Assembly (NCBI GenBank): GCA_963699255.1
Contig: OY969425.1
Coordinates: forward strand, 60,001 to 92,000
DNA: 32,000 bases
Source of the DNA: an uncultured bacterium
Lineage (GTDB): Bacteria; Margulisbacteria; WOR-1; CAVSGV01
Direction: 5' to 3'
The notes under the pieces: model-generated
What the model saw: the letters and a program-made list of their open reading frames with translations, nothing else
The model's database searches: none
Told to the model about the DNA's origin: nothing
Program-made: the position numbers and the translations under genes
Part shown: positions 15,818 to 23,687 of the stretch, in pieces
Layout of the letters: each line of letters begins with the position of its first letter
Position numbering within the stretch: the stretch's first letter is position 1

Positions 15818-16534
15818 ATGGGCGAAAGAAGAGATCTAAGGGATTTACTTAAAGACGCGGACTTCACGCAAAAACGGATAATTGACGATCTTGCGAGTTC
15901 CGATGCCGAATCCGATTCTCCGAGGCGGGGAGTGGCGAGGGACATCAGAAAATCCGAAGGGGGAGATTTTATAAAGAACGTTTTTATAGGCCTTCTCCTT
16001 GTGGGCATAGTCGTGGGAAGCTTCTGGGTCTCCTTCCTTATAGGCAAAAAAGTCCTCGTCCCGCCGGTCAAAAATCTCCAGCCATTTGAGATGCCGGCCC
16101 CAAAGGCCATTTCCATGTCGGACATAGAGAAAGCCACTCCTGTTCAGGGTGAACCTGCCATTCAGGAAAAAGAGGTCAAGGAAGTCGAGGTCAAAGCAAC
16201 ACTGCCCAAGCCGGTCGCGGCCAAAAAAGTCACGGCCGCAAAAAAGATCGGAGCCGCGGTCAAGTCCTCGAAAGTTAAGTCTGCCATAAAGACGCCGGTC
16301 GCAAAAACAAAGGGCGCTAAACATTGCAAGGTCATAGTCGGGACATATAAAACGCCGGCTGAAGCGAACGTCCTGGTGGCGGCGTTAAAACAAAAAGGTT
16401 TTCAGTCCTATGTGAAAGCGCTGTCGGGCCTTTACAGGGTCCAGTCCGGGGCATTTGACAGCAAGGCAAAAGCAGGTCCGCTGGTGGTTAAATTAAAGAA
16501 TAAGGGATTCACCCCCACGGTAATTGTTGAATGA
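15818..16534 (+). CDS. SPOR domain-containing protein (single TM, Lys/Ala-rich linker)
   Basis: The C-terminal segment CKVIVGTYKTPAEANVLVAALKQKGFQSYVKALSGLYRVQSGAFDSKAKAGPLVVKLKNKGF matches the SPOR fold pattern. The TM segment is FIGLLLVGIVVGSFWVSFLI. Confidence 0.7.
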   Translation: MGERRDLRDLLKDADFTQKRIIDDLASSDAESDSPRRGVARDIRKSEGGDFIKNVFIGLLLVGIVVGSFWVSFLIGKKVLVPPVKNLQPFEMPAPKAISMSDIEKATPVQGEPAIQEKEVKEVEVKATLPKPVAAKKVTAAKKIGAAVKSSKVKSAIKTPVAKTKGAKHCKVIVGTYKTPAEANVLVAALKQKGFQSYVKALSGLYRVQSGAFDSKAKAGPLVVKLKNKGFTPTVIVE

Positions 16535-16629
16535 AGCAATGATCCAATGAACAATGACACAATGACCAATTAATGTGTCATTTATAATATACCCTTCCTT
16601 AATTGTTCATTGTATAATTGTGTGATTGT
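16530..16629. repeat. Intergenic inverted array A: about 6x AATGA (7-8 nt period) facing 4x ATTGT (7-8 nt period)
   Basis: AATGA-type words start at 16530, 16538, 16546, 16553, 16561 and 16568/72. ATTGT words start at 16602, 16609, 16617 and 16625. It shares exact cores with 20813-20828 and 20902-20913. Confidence 0.8.
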
Positions 16630-16647
16630 TAATTAGGAGGATTTAAT

Positions 16648-17691
16648 ATGGGTGCTTTTGATTTTGTTTTCGGTTATTTTTCAAGGGATCTCGGCATCGA
16701 TCTCGGTACCGCCACGACCCTTGTATACGCGAAGGGCGAGGGGATAATATTATGCGAGCCCTCGGTCGTTGCCATTGAAAAGGAAAAAGGGAAGGTCATC
16801 GCCATAGGCAATGAGGCGAAGGGAATGCTGGGCAGGACGCCGGGGAACATCATCGCGATCAGGCCGATGAGGGACGGCGTAATAGCTGATTTTGAGGTGA
16901 CCGAAATGATGCTCCGCCATTTCATAAGCAAGAGCCACAACAGGACGGCTTTCGTGAGGCCGCGCATCGTTATCGGGGTCCCGTCAGGCATAACCGGAGT
17001 CGAGAAACGCGCGGTCCTTGACGCGGCGATGCACGCCGGGGCAAGGGAAGCTTATTTAATTGAAGAACCAATGGCCGCAGCTATCGGCGCGAACCTTCCG
17101 GTCTCGGAACCGGCAGGCTCGATGATAGTTGATATCGGCGGCGGCACGACCGAGGTCGCGATACTGGCGCTGGGCGGCATAGTCGTTTCCAAATCGATAA
17201 GGGTGGCCGGCGATGAGATGGATGAGGCGGTCGTTGCCCACTGCAGGAAAAATTATAATTTGCTTATCGGAGAGAGGACTGCGGAACAGATAAAGATAGA
17301 TATCGGTTCTGCGTATCCTCTGGGCGAAGAGCGCACCGTTGAGGTCAGGGGAAGGGACCTTGTCACGGGACTTCCGAAGACGCTGACGCTTACTTCCTCC
17401 GAGGTCAGGGACGCCCTGTCAGAGCCTGTCGCTACAATAGTTGACGCGGTCAGGATGACGCTGGAAAAAACCCCGCCGGAACTTGCGGCGGATATCATTG
17501 ACAGGGGTGTCGTGATGGCAGGAGGGGGATCGCTGCTGAGAGGACTGGATAAGCACCTGAGCCAGGAGACCGACATGTCCGTCTATGTCGTTGACGACCC
17601 GATGTCGTGCGTCGTTTACGGCTGCGGAAAAGTCCTCGACGAGCTCGAGACCCTTAAGAAATTCCTGATCACATCCAAAAAGAACGTATAA
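16648..17691 (+). CDS. mreB: Rod shape-determining protein MreB
   Basis: [26 protein letters not shown] and [10 protein letters not shown] are actin-fold phosphate and adenosine motifs. A strong AGGAGG SD is present. Confidence 0.95.
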   Translation: MGAFDFVFGYFSRDLGIDLGTATTLVYAKGEGIILCEPSVVAIEKEKGKVIAIGNEAKGMLGRTPGNIIAIRPMRDGVIADFEVTEMMLRHFISKSHNRTAFVRPRIVIGVPSGITGVEKRAVLDAAMHAGAREAYLIEEPMAAAIGANLPVSEPAGSMIVDIGGGTTEVAILALGGIVVSKSIRVAGDEMDEAVVAHCRKNYNLLIGERTAEQIKIDIGSAYPLGEERTVEVRGRDLVTGLPKTLTLTSSEVRDALSEPVATIVDAVRMTLEKTPPELAADIIDRGVVMAGGGSLLRGLDKHLSQETDMSVYVVDDPMSCVVYGCGKVLDELETLKKFLITSKKNV

Positions 17692-17719
17692 GATAACGGC
17701 AGAAACCGGTTAGAGGGTT

Positions 17720-18544
17720 ATGTATTATTACGAAAGCGGCAGAAAAAGAAAAGGCGTGTATTTTTGGATCGTCATTCTGATTTTGCTGGTCGTGTTCCTG
17801 AATACGCCCCCCGTCAGGAGATCAAAGCCTCTCCACATTTTTAAAGCCCTGGCAAGCAACGCGTTGTTCCCGTTCAAATATGTTTTTAACGGCATATATG
17901 TGAACTCAACCTCCGGCGTCCGTGAATTTTTCAGACTGAAGGGCGTACAGAAGGAGAACGAGGCATTAAAGAACGAGATAAACGGATACAAGGCGCAGAT
18001 CGTACTTCTCAACGGGCTTTCAGTCGAAAATGAAAAGCTCCGCAGCGCGCTTTATTTCCGGTCCAGGAGCTTCATCCCGAGACTTTTGCCGGCGGAGATC
18101 ATCGGAAGGTCCGGCAGCAACTGGTTCAATGTGGTGGAGATAAACAGGGGGTCGGAGGACAAAGTAGCGCCTGACTGCGCGGTGATAAATGAAGAGGGCC
18201 TTGTCGGAAGGGTCTTTGAGGCATCCCGATTTTCCTCCAAGGTCCTGCTTATCACGGACCCTTCTTCGGCCGTTTCCGTGGTTGATGCGGAAACAGGGGA
18301 TATGGGCATCGCGTCGGGCAATGCCATGGGGCCGCTCAGGATACTGTACATATCGGCCACGGCCGCGATAAAAGAGGGTGACAGGATCGCGACATCCGGC
18401 ATGAGCGACATTTTCCCGAAAGGCGTCACCGTGGGAGTTGTAAGGTCCGTAAGCAAGAAAGATTATGATATTTTTCAAAAGGTGAGCGTCGGCACGGCCG
18501 TGAACTTTTCAAGGCTAGACAAGGTCTTTGTCATCACAAAATAA
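17720..18544 (+). CDS. mreC: Rod shape-determining protein MreC
   Basis: It sits directly after mreB. It has an N-terminal TM, a coiled coil (ENEALKNEINGYKAQ) and a beta-barrel region with GLVGRV and GIA.G motifs. Confidence 0.85.
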   Translation: MYYYESGRKRKGVYFWIVILILLVVFLNTPPVRRSKPLHIFKALASNALFPFKYVFNGIYVNSTSGVREFFRLKGVQKENEALKNEINGYKAQIVLLNGLSVENEKLRSALYFRSRSFIPRLLPAEIIGRSGSNWFNVVEINRGSEDKVAPDCAVINEEGLVGRVFEASRFSSKVLLITDPSSAVSVVDAETGDMGIASGNAMGPLRILYISATAAIKEGDRIATSGMSDIFPKGVTVGVVRSVSKKDYDIFQKVSVGTAVNFSRLDKVFVITK

Positions 18545-18547
18545 CGA

Positions 18548-19033
18548 ATGAGAACAATAAAGATCGCCTTATTGATCATACTTGTATATCTGCTGCAGAT
18601 CACGATCATCTCCAGACTGTCCGTGTTCGGCGTCAAAGCCGATCTCCTTCTGATAATCACCACTCTGTTCGCGGTCACATACGGGGCGGAGGACGGCTTT
18701 TTGATCGGGCTGTTATGCGGACTTGTCCAGGACGTGTTCGGCGGGTCGTTCTACGTGCAGGTCGTTTCCAAAGCTCTTCTCGGTTTTTTGATCGGGACCT
18801 TCAAGGAGAGCGTTTTCGGAACGGAGGAGAGCGTGGCTTTTATGGCGGTCTTTGTCGCGACCGTCACCAATTTTGTCCTGGAGGCGGTGATCCTCTTTTT
18901 CTTTTTCGGGAGACCGTTCGCCTCGCCGCTCATCCTTGTGGGCACCCTTATCATCTCCTGTATATATAACAGTCTGCTTGCGCCCCTGTTCTACCCGATA
19001 GTGAAGCTTACCTCCAGATCGGTCATGGAATAA
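18548..19033 (+). CDS. mreD: Rod shape-determining protein MreD
   Basis: It is a 161-aa polytopic membrane protein in the mreBCD position. Confidence 0.75.
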   Translation: MRTIKIALLIILVYLLQITIISRLSVFGVKADLLLIITTLFAVTYGAEDGFLIGLLCGLVQDVFGGSFYVQVVSKALLGFLIGTFKESVFGTEESVAFMAVFVATVTNFVLEAVILFFFFGRPFASPLILVGTLIISCIYNSLLAPLFYPIVKLTSRSVME

Positions 19034-19036
19034 ACG

Positions 19037-20848
19037 ATGGACAGGGAAAATCAATCCAGGCTTTTTATAACATGCCTCTTTATCATTTTCATCGTTCTGT
19101 TCGGACGGCTCTGGCAGCTCCAGGTGCTTGAATACTCAACGTATTCCGCGCTGTCAAAGGAGAACGCCACAAGGACGATCCCCATGCTGGCTCCCAGAGG
19201 GATAATTTACGACAGGCACGGGAAGGTCATTGTTGAGAACAGGGCGATATTTTCCGTTTACCTGTTCCCGGGCAGCTTCGACGATGAGGATGAAATGAAA
19301 ACAGTGCTGTCATCCGTTTCGCGCATAGTCCAGATCCCCCAGGACAAGATACTGAAAAAGATAAACGAGAACAAATCGCGGACGTTCGAGCCGATCCTGA
19401 TAAAAGATGATCTTTCCATAAGGACCGTTACCGCCCTTGAAGAAAGGCAGTACAGCCTTCCGGGAATCGTGGTCAATGTCAGGCCGGTAAGATATTATCC
19501 TTACAAGAACCTCGCGGCCCAAGTCCTGGGCTACGCGGGCGAGATAACGAAGGACGAACTCAGCTACATGCATGAGCAGGGATATAACCTGAAGGACATA
19601 ATCGGCCAGGAAGGGATCGAGGATACTTACGATAAATACCTGCGGGGAGTGAACGGAGGCCAGCAGCTGGAGATAGATGTTGCCGGACGTCCGGTAAGGA
19701 CAGTGGGAGCTCTTGAACCCGTTCCCGGATCGGACATAAGGCTGACGCTGGACCTGGACCTGCAAAAACTCGTCGAGAAGAACCTGGAGGGAAAGCGCGG
19801 CGCGGTCATAGTTATGGATCCGAGGAACGGCGAAATACTTGCCATGGCAAGCCATCCAAGCTATGACCCGAACATCTTTGCCGCGCCTCTGGACAAGCGC
19901 GAATGGGAGAGGATGGATAAAGAAGAGCACCCATTCCTTAATAGGGCTATCTCCACTTATCCGCCGGGCTCAACTTTCAAGGTAGTGAATTTATCCGCCA
20001 CCCTTCAGGAAAAGACGGCGACCCTGGATGAGACGTTCGATTGCAAAGGATATTTTATTTTAGGGAATCGGAAAGCGATGTGCTGGATCTCAGCATATCC
20101 TAAAAAAATGCACGGCAAGATGACCATATTGGAGGGACTTGTTAATTCGTGCGACGTGGTTTTTTACAATCTAGGATTAAGGAATGGCCCGGAACTTCTA
20201 TCAAAATACGCGAAGGCTTATGGTCTGGGCACCCGCACGGGAATAGATCTTCCGGGTGAACTTGCCGGCGTGGTCCCCGATGCGGAGTGGAAGAAGAGCG
20301 TTTACAATGACGTCTGGGTGAAAGGCGATTCCATCAATTACGGGATCGGTCAGGGTTTTCTTATAGTTACGCCGCTTCAGATGGCTAACGTATACGGCAC
20401 CATAGCCGTCGGCAAGAGATACGTTCCGCACGTTCTGCTTGATGTAAAATCCAGGGATGGCAGGTATATCTATAAGTATAAACCCGCGGAGATGGGCGGC
20501 ATTCCGTTATCGGCTGAGAACGCTGCTTTGCTCAGGGATACTATGAGGCAGATAGTGAAGCGCGGCACGGGCATCGCAGCCGAGGTCAAGGACATGCCGG
20601 CGGCGGGCAAGACCGGGACCGCGGAGAATCCCGGCAAGGCCCATGCGTGGTTCATTTGTTTCGCGCCTTACAGCTCTCCCGAGGTCGTGATCGCTTCATT
20701 TGTCGAGCACGGCGAACACGGCGACCATGTCACCGCTTACATAGCCCGGGAGATACTTAAGTGGTACAGGGATAATGCTTATAATAAGGAAGAGAAGAAT
20801 AAATTAACAATTAACAATGACACAATGAACAACAAGGAATATATTTAA
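19037..20848 (+). CDS. mrdA: Penicillin-binding protein 2 (elongasome transpeptidase)
   Basis: The STFK motif (PPGSTFKV), SCD and KTGTA motifs are present. It has an N-terminal TM and follows mreD directly. Confidence 0.9.
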   Translation: MDRENQSRLFITCLFIIFIVLFGRLWQLQVLEYSTYSALSKENATRTIPMLAPRGIIYDRHGKVIVENRAIFSVYLFPGSFDDEDEMKTVLSSVSRIVQIPQDKILKKINENKSRTFEPILIKDDLSIRTVTALEERQYSLPGIVVNVRPVRYYPYKNLAAQVLGYAGEITKDELSYMHEQGYNLKDIIGQEGIEDTYDKYLRGVNGGQQLEIDVAGRPVRTVGALEPVPGSDIRLTLDLDLQKLVEKNLEGKRGAVIVMDPRNGEILAMASHPSYDPNIFAAPLDKREWERMDKEEHPFLNRAISTYPPGSTFKVVNLSATLQEKTATLDETFDCKGYFILGNRKAMCWISAYPKKMHGKMTILEGLVNSCDVVFYNLGLRNGPELLSKYAKAYGLGTRTGIDLPGELAGVVPDAEWKKSVYNDVWVKGDSINYGIGQGFLIVTPLQMANVYGTIAVGKRYVPHVLLDVKSRDGRYIYKYKPAEMGGIPLSAENAALLRDTMRQIVKRGTGIAAEVKDMPAAGKTGTAENPGKAHAWFICFAPYSSPEVVIASFVEHGEHGDHVTAYIAREILKWYRDNAYNKEEKNKLTINNDTMNNKEYI

Positions 20849-20913
20849 TAATATGTTGCCGAAGGCAACACGACGTTGTTAATTATTAATTGAGAAATTG
20901 TTAATTGTGTGAT
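20802..20913. repeat. Intergenic inverted array B: AAT(T/G)A words (7-8 nt period) facing ATT(G/A)T words
   Basis: Forward words start at 20802, 20809, 20816 and 20824. Inverted words start at 20882, 20889, 20897 and 20904. The left arm encodes the last residues of PBP2 (KLTINNDTMNNKEYI). Confidence 0.75.
20854..20870 (+). terminator. Hairpin after mrdA (terminator candidate)
   Basis: TGTTGCC-gaa-GGCAACA is followed by only a moderately T-rich tract. Confidence 0.3.
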
Positions 20914-20918
20914 ATAAT
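20890..20918 (+). promoter_or_regulatory. Sigma70-like promoter with an extended -10, upstream of rplY
   Basis: TTGAGA (20890-20895), N17, TATAAT (20913-20918), preceded by TGA, giving TGnTATAAT. Confidence 0.5.
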
Positions 20919-20972
20919 TTTGCCTCGTTTTGTTGCCCCGAAGAATAGATCCACGGGGCGGGGAGAATTAAA

Positions 20973-21755
20973 TTGGAAAAAGTTGAGTTAGAAGCAAAGG
21001 AAAGGGAAAAGACCGGGAGAGCACACTCCCGCAGAGCAAGGATAGCCGGGATGATACCCGCTATCGTTTACGGGCAGGGAATGGATTCCCTTTCCATCGA
21101 AGTGAACACCAAGCAATTCGCGAAGATAATCACTTCAAAAGCGGGGCGCAACATCATTATTACTCTTAAGGTCGCCGGTGACGGCAAGGTCCAGAACATC
21201 CCCGTCCTGGCGCATGAGATATTAATAGACGCGATCAAGGACAACATAGTGCATGTCGATTTCTATAAAATAAACATGGAAGAAGCGATAAAGGTAAAGG
21301 TCCCGGTCATCCTTCAGGGAGAATCTACCGGCGTAAAACTTGACGGAGGCATCCTTGTGCACGGGCTCAGAGAAGTGGAAATTAAATGTCTGCCCGCCAA
21401 TATCCCTGATAAGTTCGTGCTGGATGTTACCCCCTTAAAGATCGGCGGCGGGCTCCATGTGTCAGACCTTAAGCCGGAAAAGGGAGTGGAGGTCGTAACT
21501 ATTCCCACGGAAATTCTGGTGACGATCGCGGCGCCGGCCAAGGAAGAAGAAGTTATTGCTCCTGTTGTGGCTCCGGAAGTTACGGGCCAGGCAGTACCGC
21601 CCACAGCGCCTGGCGCAGCACCAGCTGCGGGGGCGGCTCCCGCCGCTAAGGAAGCAGCGCCTGCAAAAGGTGCCGCCGCGCCTGCCGCTAAAGAAGCAGC
21701 GCCAGCTAAAGGTGCGCCTGCTAAAGCTGCCGCTCCGGAAGCAAAAAAGAAATAA
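20973..21755 (+). CDS. rplY: 50S ribosomal protein L25 / general stress protein Ctc, with an Ala/Pro/Lys-rich tail
   Basis: TTG start with a GGGGAG SD. The N-terminus LEAKEREKTGRAHSRRARIAGMIPAIVYG matches the L25 signature. The C-terminal ~55 aa are low-complexity A/P/K. Confidence 0.85.
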   Translation: MEKVELEAKEREKTGRAHSRRARIAGMIPAIVYGQGMDSLSIEVNTKQFAKIITSKAGRNIIITLKVAGDGKVQNIPVLAHEILIDAIKDNIVHVDFYKINMEEAIKVKVPVILQGESTGVKLDGGILVHGLREVEIKCLPANIPDKFVLDVTPLKIGGGLHVSDLKPEKGVEVVTIPTEILVTIAAPAKEEEVIAPVVAPEVTGQAVPPTAPGAAPAAGAAPAAKEAAPAKGAAAPAAKEAAPAKGAPAKAAAPEAKKK

Positions 21756-21921
21756 TTATTTAATCACAGATATTCTTACCTCACCCCAAAGTATATTGGT
21801 GTCATAATCTACTTTAGTTTATTCTTTGCCCCCCTCTCCTTATTAAGGAGAGGGGTCGGGGGTGAGGATGCAAGTTCCGCGGTTATTCTCACGATATATA
21901 GATTGGCGCAAAAAGCGCGGA

Positions 21922-21950
21922 TTGACTTTTTATCCCTTGAAGTATATTAT
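21922..21950 (+). promoter_or_regulatory. Sigma70-like promoter heading the flagellar operon
   Basis: TTGACT (21922-21927), N17, TATTAT (21945-21950). It lies 21 nt upstream of the fliK ATG, with an AAGGGGTGG SD. Confidence 0.45.
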
Positions 21951-21971
21951 TTTCATTTAAAGGGGTGGATC

Positions 21972-23225
21972 ATGGGCGAAGATTTGAATACATCTGCAGG
22001 ATCCCTTCACCCGGGAAGGCCGGTCATATGGCCTACAGGTAAACCAACTTCAACATCATCTGCACCTCAAGCTTCCGCGGGAGCTCAAGCTTCTGCGGCA
22101 GCTAAAACTCCCTCAAAAGTTGCTCCTACTCCTCAGGAGATCGCACAGATTCAAGCCGCCGCGCAAGCGCTTGAGAGAGGACAGGTAGCCCGTCAATATA
22201 CGCAGGCGGACCTGAAGGAGCTGCTTCTTTCACAGAACATCGCGGACACCGAGGCTAACGAAAAGCTCGCGACCGCCATGCTTCGCTACGGAGTGGAAGT
22301 CTCAAAATCGAATTTCACGAAACTCGCGACAATGATCGGGTCCGATGCGAGCCAGACGACCCAGGAAGCCGCGATACTTCTTCTGATGAAAGGGATAGAT
22401 TCCCCCGCTGCGGCAAAAGCTTTGAGCAGCTTTTTGTCCGATAACCCGCAGCTTGCCGCACAGCTTACATCCCTGAAAGGGAACGTTTCAGACCTTCTTA
22501 CCGCGCTCTCCATGGGACAGGGGATCATAAACGACCAGATGGCCGCAAAGCTGGCTGCTGTGCTTGCACAATTCGGCACGGAAATGGATAACGTCCCCGG
22601 GAAATATAAATTCTCAGGGAAAGGCTCGATGGGCAGGGCCGAACTTTCGTCTGACCTGAGGGCGCTTAAAGCGCTGCTCGACGGCCTGCCGGAGAAGGAA
22701 AACCTTCCCGACAGCGCGGAAGGGCAGATCATCGAATCAAATATCAACGCGACCTCGAACAGGCTCGACCAGATGATACAAAGCGTGGTCTCACAGGCGA
22801 TGCTTTCAAAACAATCCTCCAAGCCCGAGATGAATTATTCTTATTATCAGATACCGAACGCTTTGGTGAAACCTCAGACAACGGTCGATCTGATAGTTAA
22901 GAGGAGCGACAAGGAGGGCGGGAAAAAGATCGATCCCCAGGACACTCAGATAATAATGTCGCTTGAAACGCTGAACATGGGCCGTGTCGCGGTGAAGATG
23001 ACCATTAAAGGGAAGAACGTCGATTTCCTGTTCAACACGCAGAATGACGAAGTGAAATCTTTGATCGCCAAAAATTCGAAAGAGCTTGCCAGCTCAGTCT
23101 CGGGTAAAGATTTTTCCGTCCCGAAGATCCAGGTAAACGTGAACCCTTCGATGTGCGCTATAAAGCCTTTCCTGATACCTTTTCTTGGAATCGAGGATCT
23201 AATGAAGATAGATGTGAGCGCGTGA
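21972..23225 (+). CDS. fliK: Flagellar hook-length control protein FliK-like
   Basis: I prefer ATG 21972 because of its SD. The N-terminal region is Pro/Ala/Gln-rich. The C-terminal Flg_hook-like segment is VDLIVKR...LETLNMGRVAVKMTIKGKNVDFLFNTQNDEVKSLI. It sits directly upstream of an FlhB-C-terminal-like gene. Confidence 0.65.
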   Translation: MGEDLNTSAGSLHPGRPVIWPTGKPTSTSSAPQASAGAQASAAAKTPSKVAPTPQEIAQIQAAAQALERGQVARQYTQADLKELLLSQNIADTEANEKLATAMLRYGVEVSKSNFTKLATMIGSDASQTTQEAAILLLMKGIDSPAAAKALSSFLSDNPQLAAQLTSLKGNVSDLLTALSMGQGIINDQMAAKLAAVLAQFGTEMDNVPGKYKFSGKGSMGRAELSSDLRALKALLDGLPEKENLPDSAEGQIIESNINATSNRLDQMIQSVVSQAMLSKQSSKPEMNYSYYQIPNALVKPQTTVDLIVKRSDKEGGKKIDPQDTQIIMSLETLNMGRVAVKMTIKGKNVDFLFNTQNDEVKSLIAKNSKELASSVSGKDFSVPKIQVNVNPSMCAIKPFLIPFLGIEDLMKIDVSA

Positions 23226-23548
23226 TGGCCGAGAAAGAGAAGCCGATCCCGGGTAAAAGAACCGCTGTCGCGATGCGGTATGATGTGGAATCGGACAAAG
23301 CACCGCTGATACTTGCTTCCGGTCGCGGAGCCGTGGCGGATGAGATACTTCGCATAGCCGATGAGAACAAAATACCTCTTTACGAGAACAGGCAATTGGC
23401 GACTATGCTCGCAAAATTGGAAATTGACTCGGAGATCCCCCCTCAGCTCTACGTTCTGGTCGCCGAAGTTCTTTTCTTTGTTTATAAGCTTGACAAGATG
23501 GCAGAGAAAAGAGAAAAGCTGGTCCAAAGGATAAAAGAACAAAAATAA
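23225..23548 (+). CDS. Stand-alone FlhB C-terminal-domain-like protein (EscU/YscU/HrcU family fragment)
   Basis: TAVAMRYDVESDKAPLILASGRGAVADEILRIADENKIPLYENRQLATML...IPPQLYVLVAEVLFFVY aligns by eye to the FlhB region just after NPTH. No NPTH site is present. The ATG overlaps the fliK TGA. Confidence 0.75.
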   Translation: MAEKEKPIPGKRTAVAMRYDVESDKAPLILASGRGAVADEILRIADENKIPLYENRQLATMLAKLEIDSEIPPQLYVLVAEVLFFVYKLDKMAEKREKLVQRIKEQK

Positions 23549-23553
23549 ACCCC

Positions 23554-23581
23554 TTGATTTTTCCGTAATCTTGCGTATAAT
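23554..23581 (+). promoter_or_regulatory. Internal sigma70-like promoter before flgF
   Basis: TTGATT (23554-23559), N16, TATAAT (23576-23581). It is followed by a leader of about 100 nt containing the stem GCCCCGTA...TACGGGGC. Confidence 0.4.
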
Positions 23582-23687
23582 TTTCATGGTAAACCTCTCT
23601 GCCTACTCGCTTTGCTGCGGGATGGCAGGCCCCGTAAGAATGCGTCGCATCTCTACGGGGCAGGCAGTGCGGTTAGGAGTTGATAAC

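Noticed and set aside
15211-16137. Long antisense or alternative-frame ORFs. These are 15211-16137 (-) at 308 aa, 14358-15152 (+) at 264 aa, 19310-19930 (-), 22286-22822 (-), 22946-23587 (-) and 30470-31114 (-).
   Set aside because: Each lies entirely within, or opposite, a gene with clear family motifs (GT39, SPOR, PBP2, fliK, fliF). Their translations are Arg/Ser/Pro-rich or low-complexity, with no SD and no recognisable motifs. This is typical of shadow ORFs in GC-balanced coding DNA.
20849-20972. Absence of rodA (mrdB) after mrdA as an anomaly.
   Set aside because: rodA is often encoded elsewhere. The gap is fully accounted for by the repeat/promoter region and rplY, and nothing in the sequence suggests a deleted or degraded rodA.
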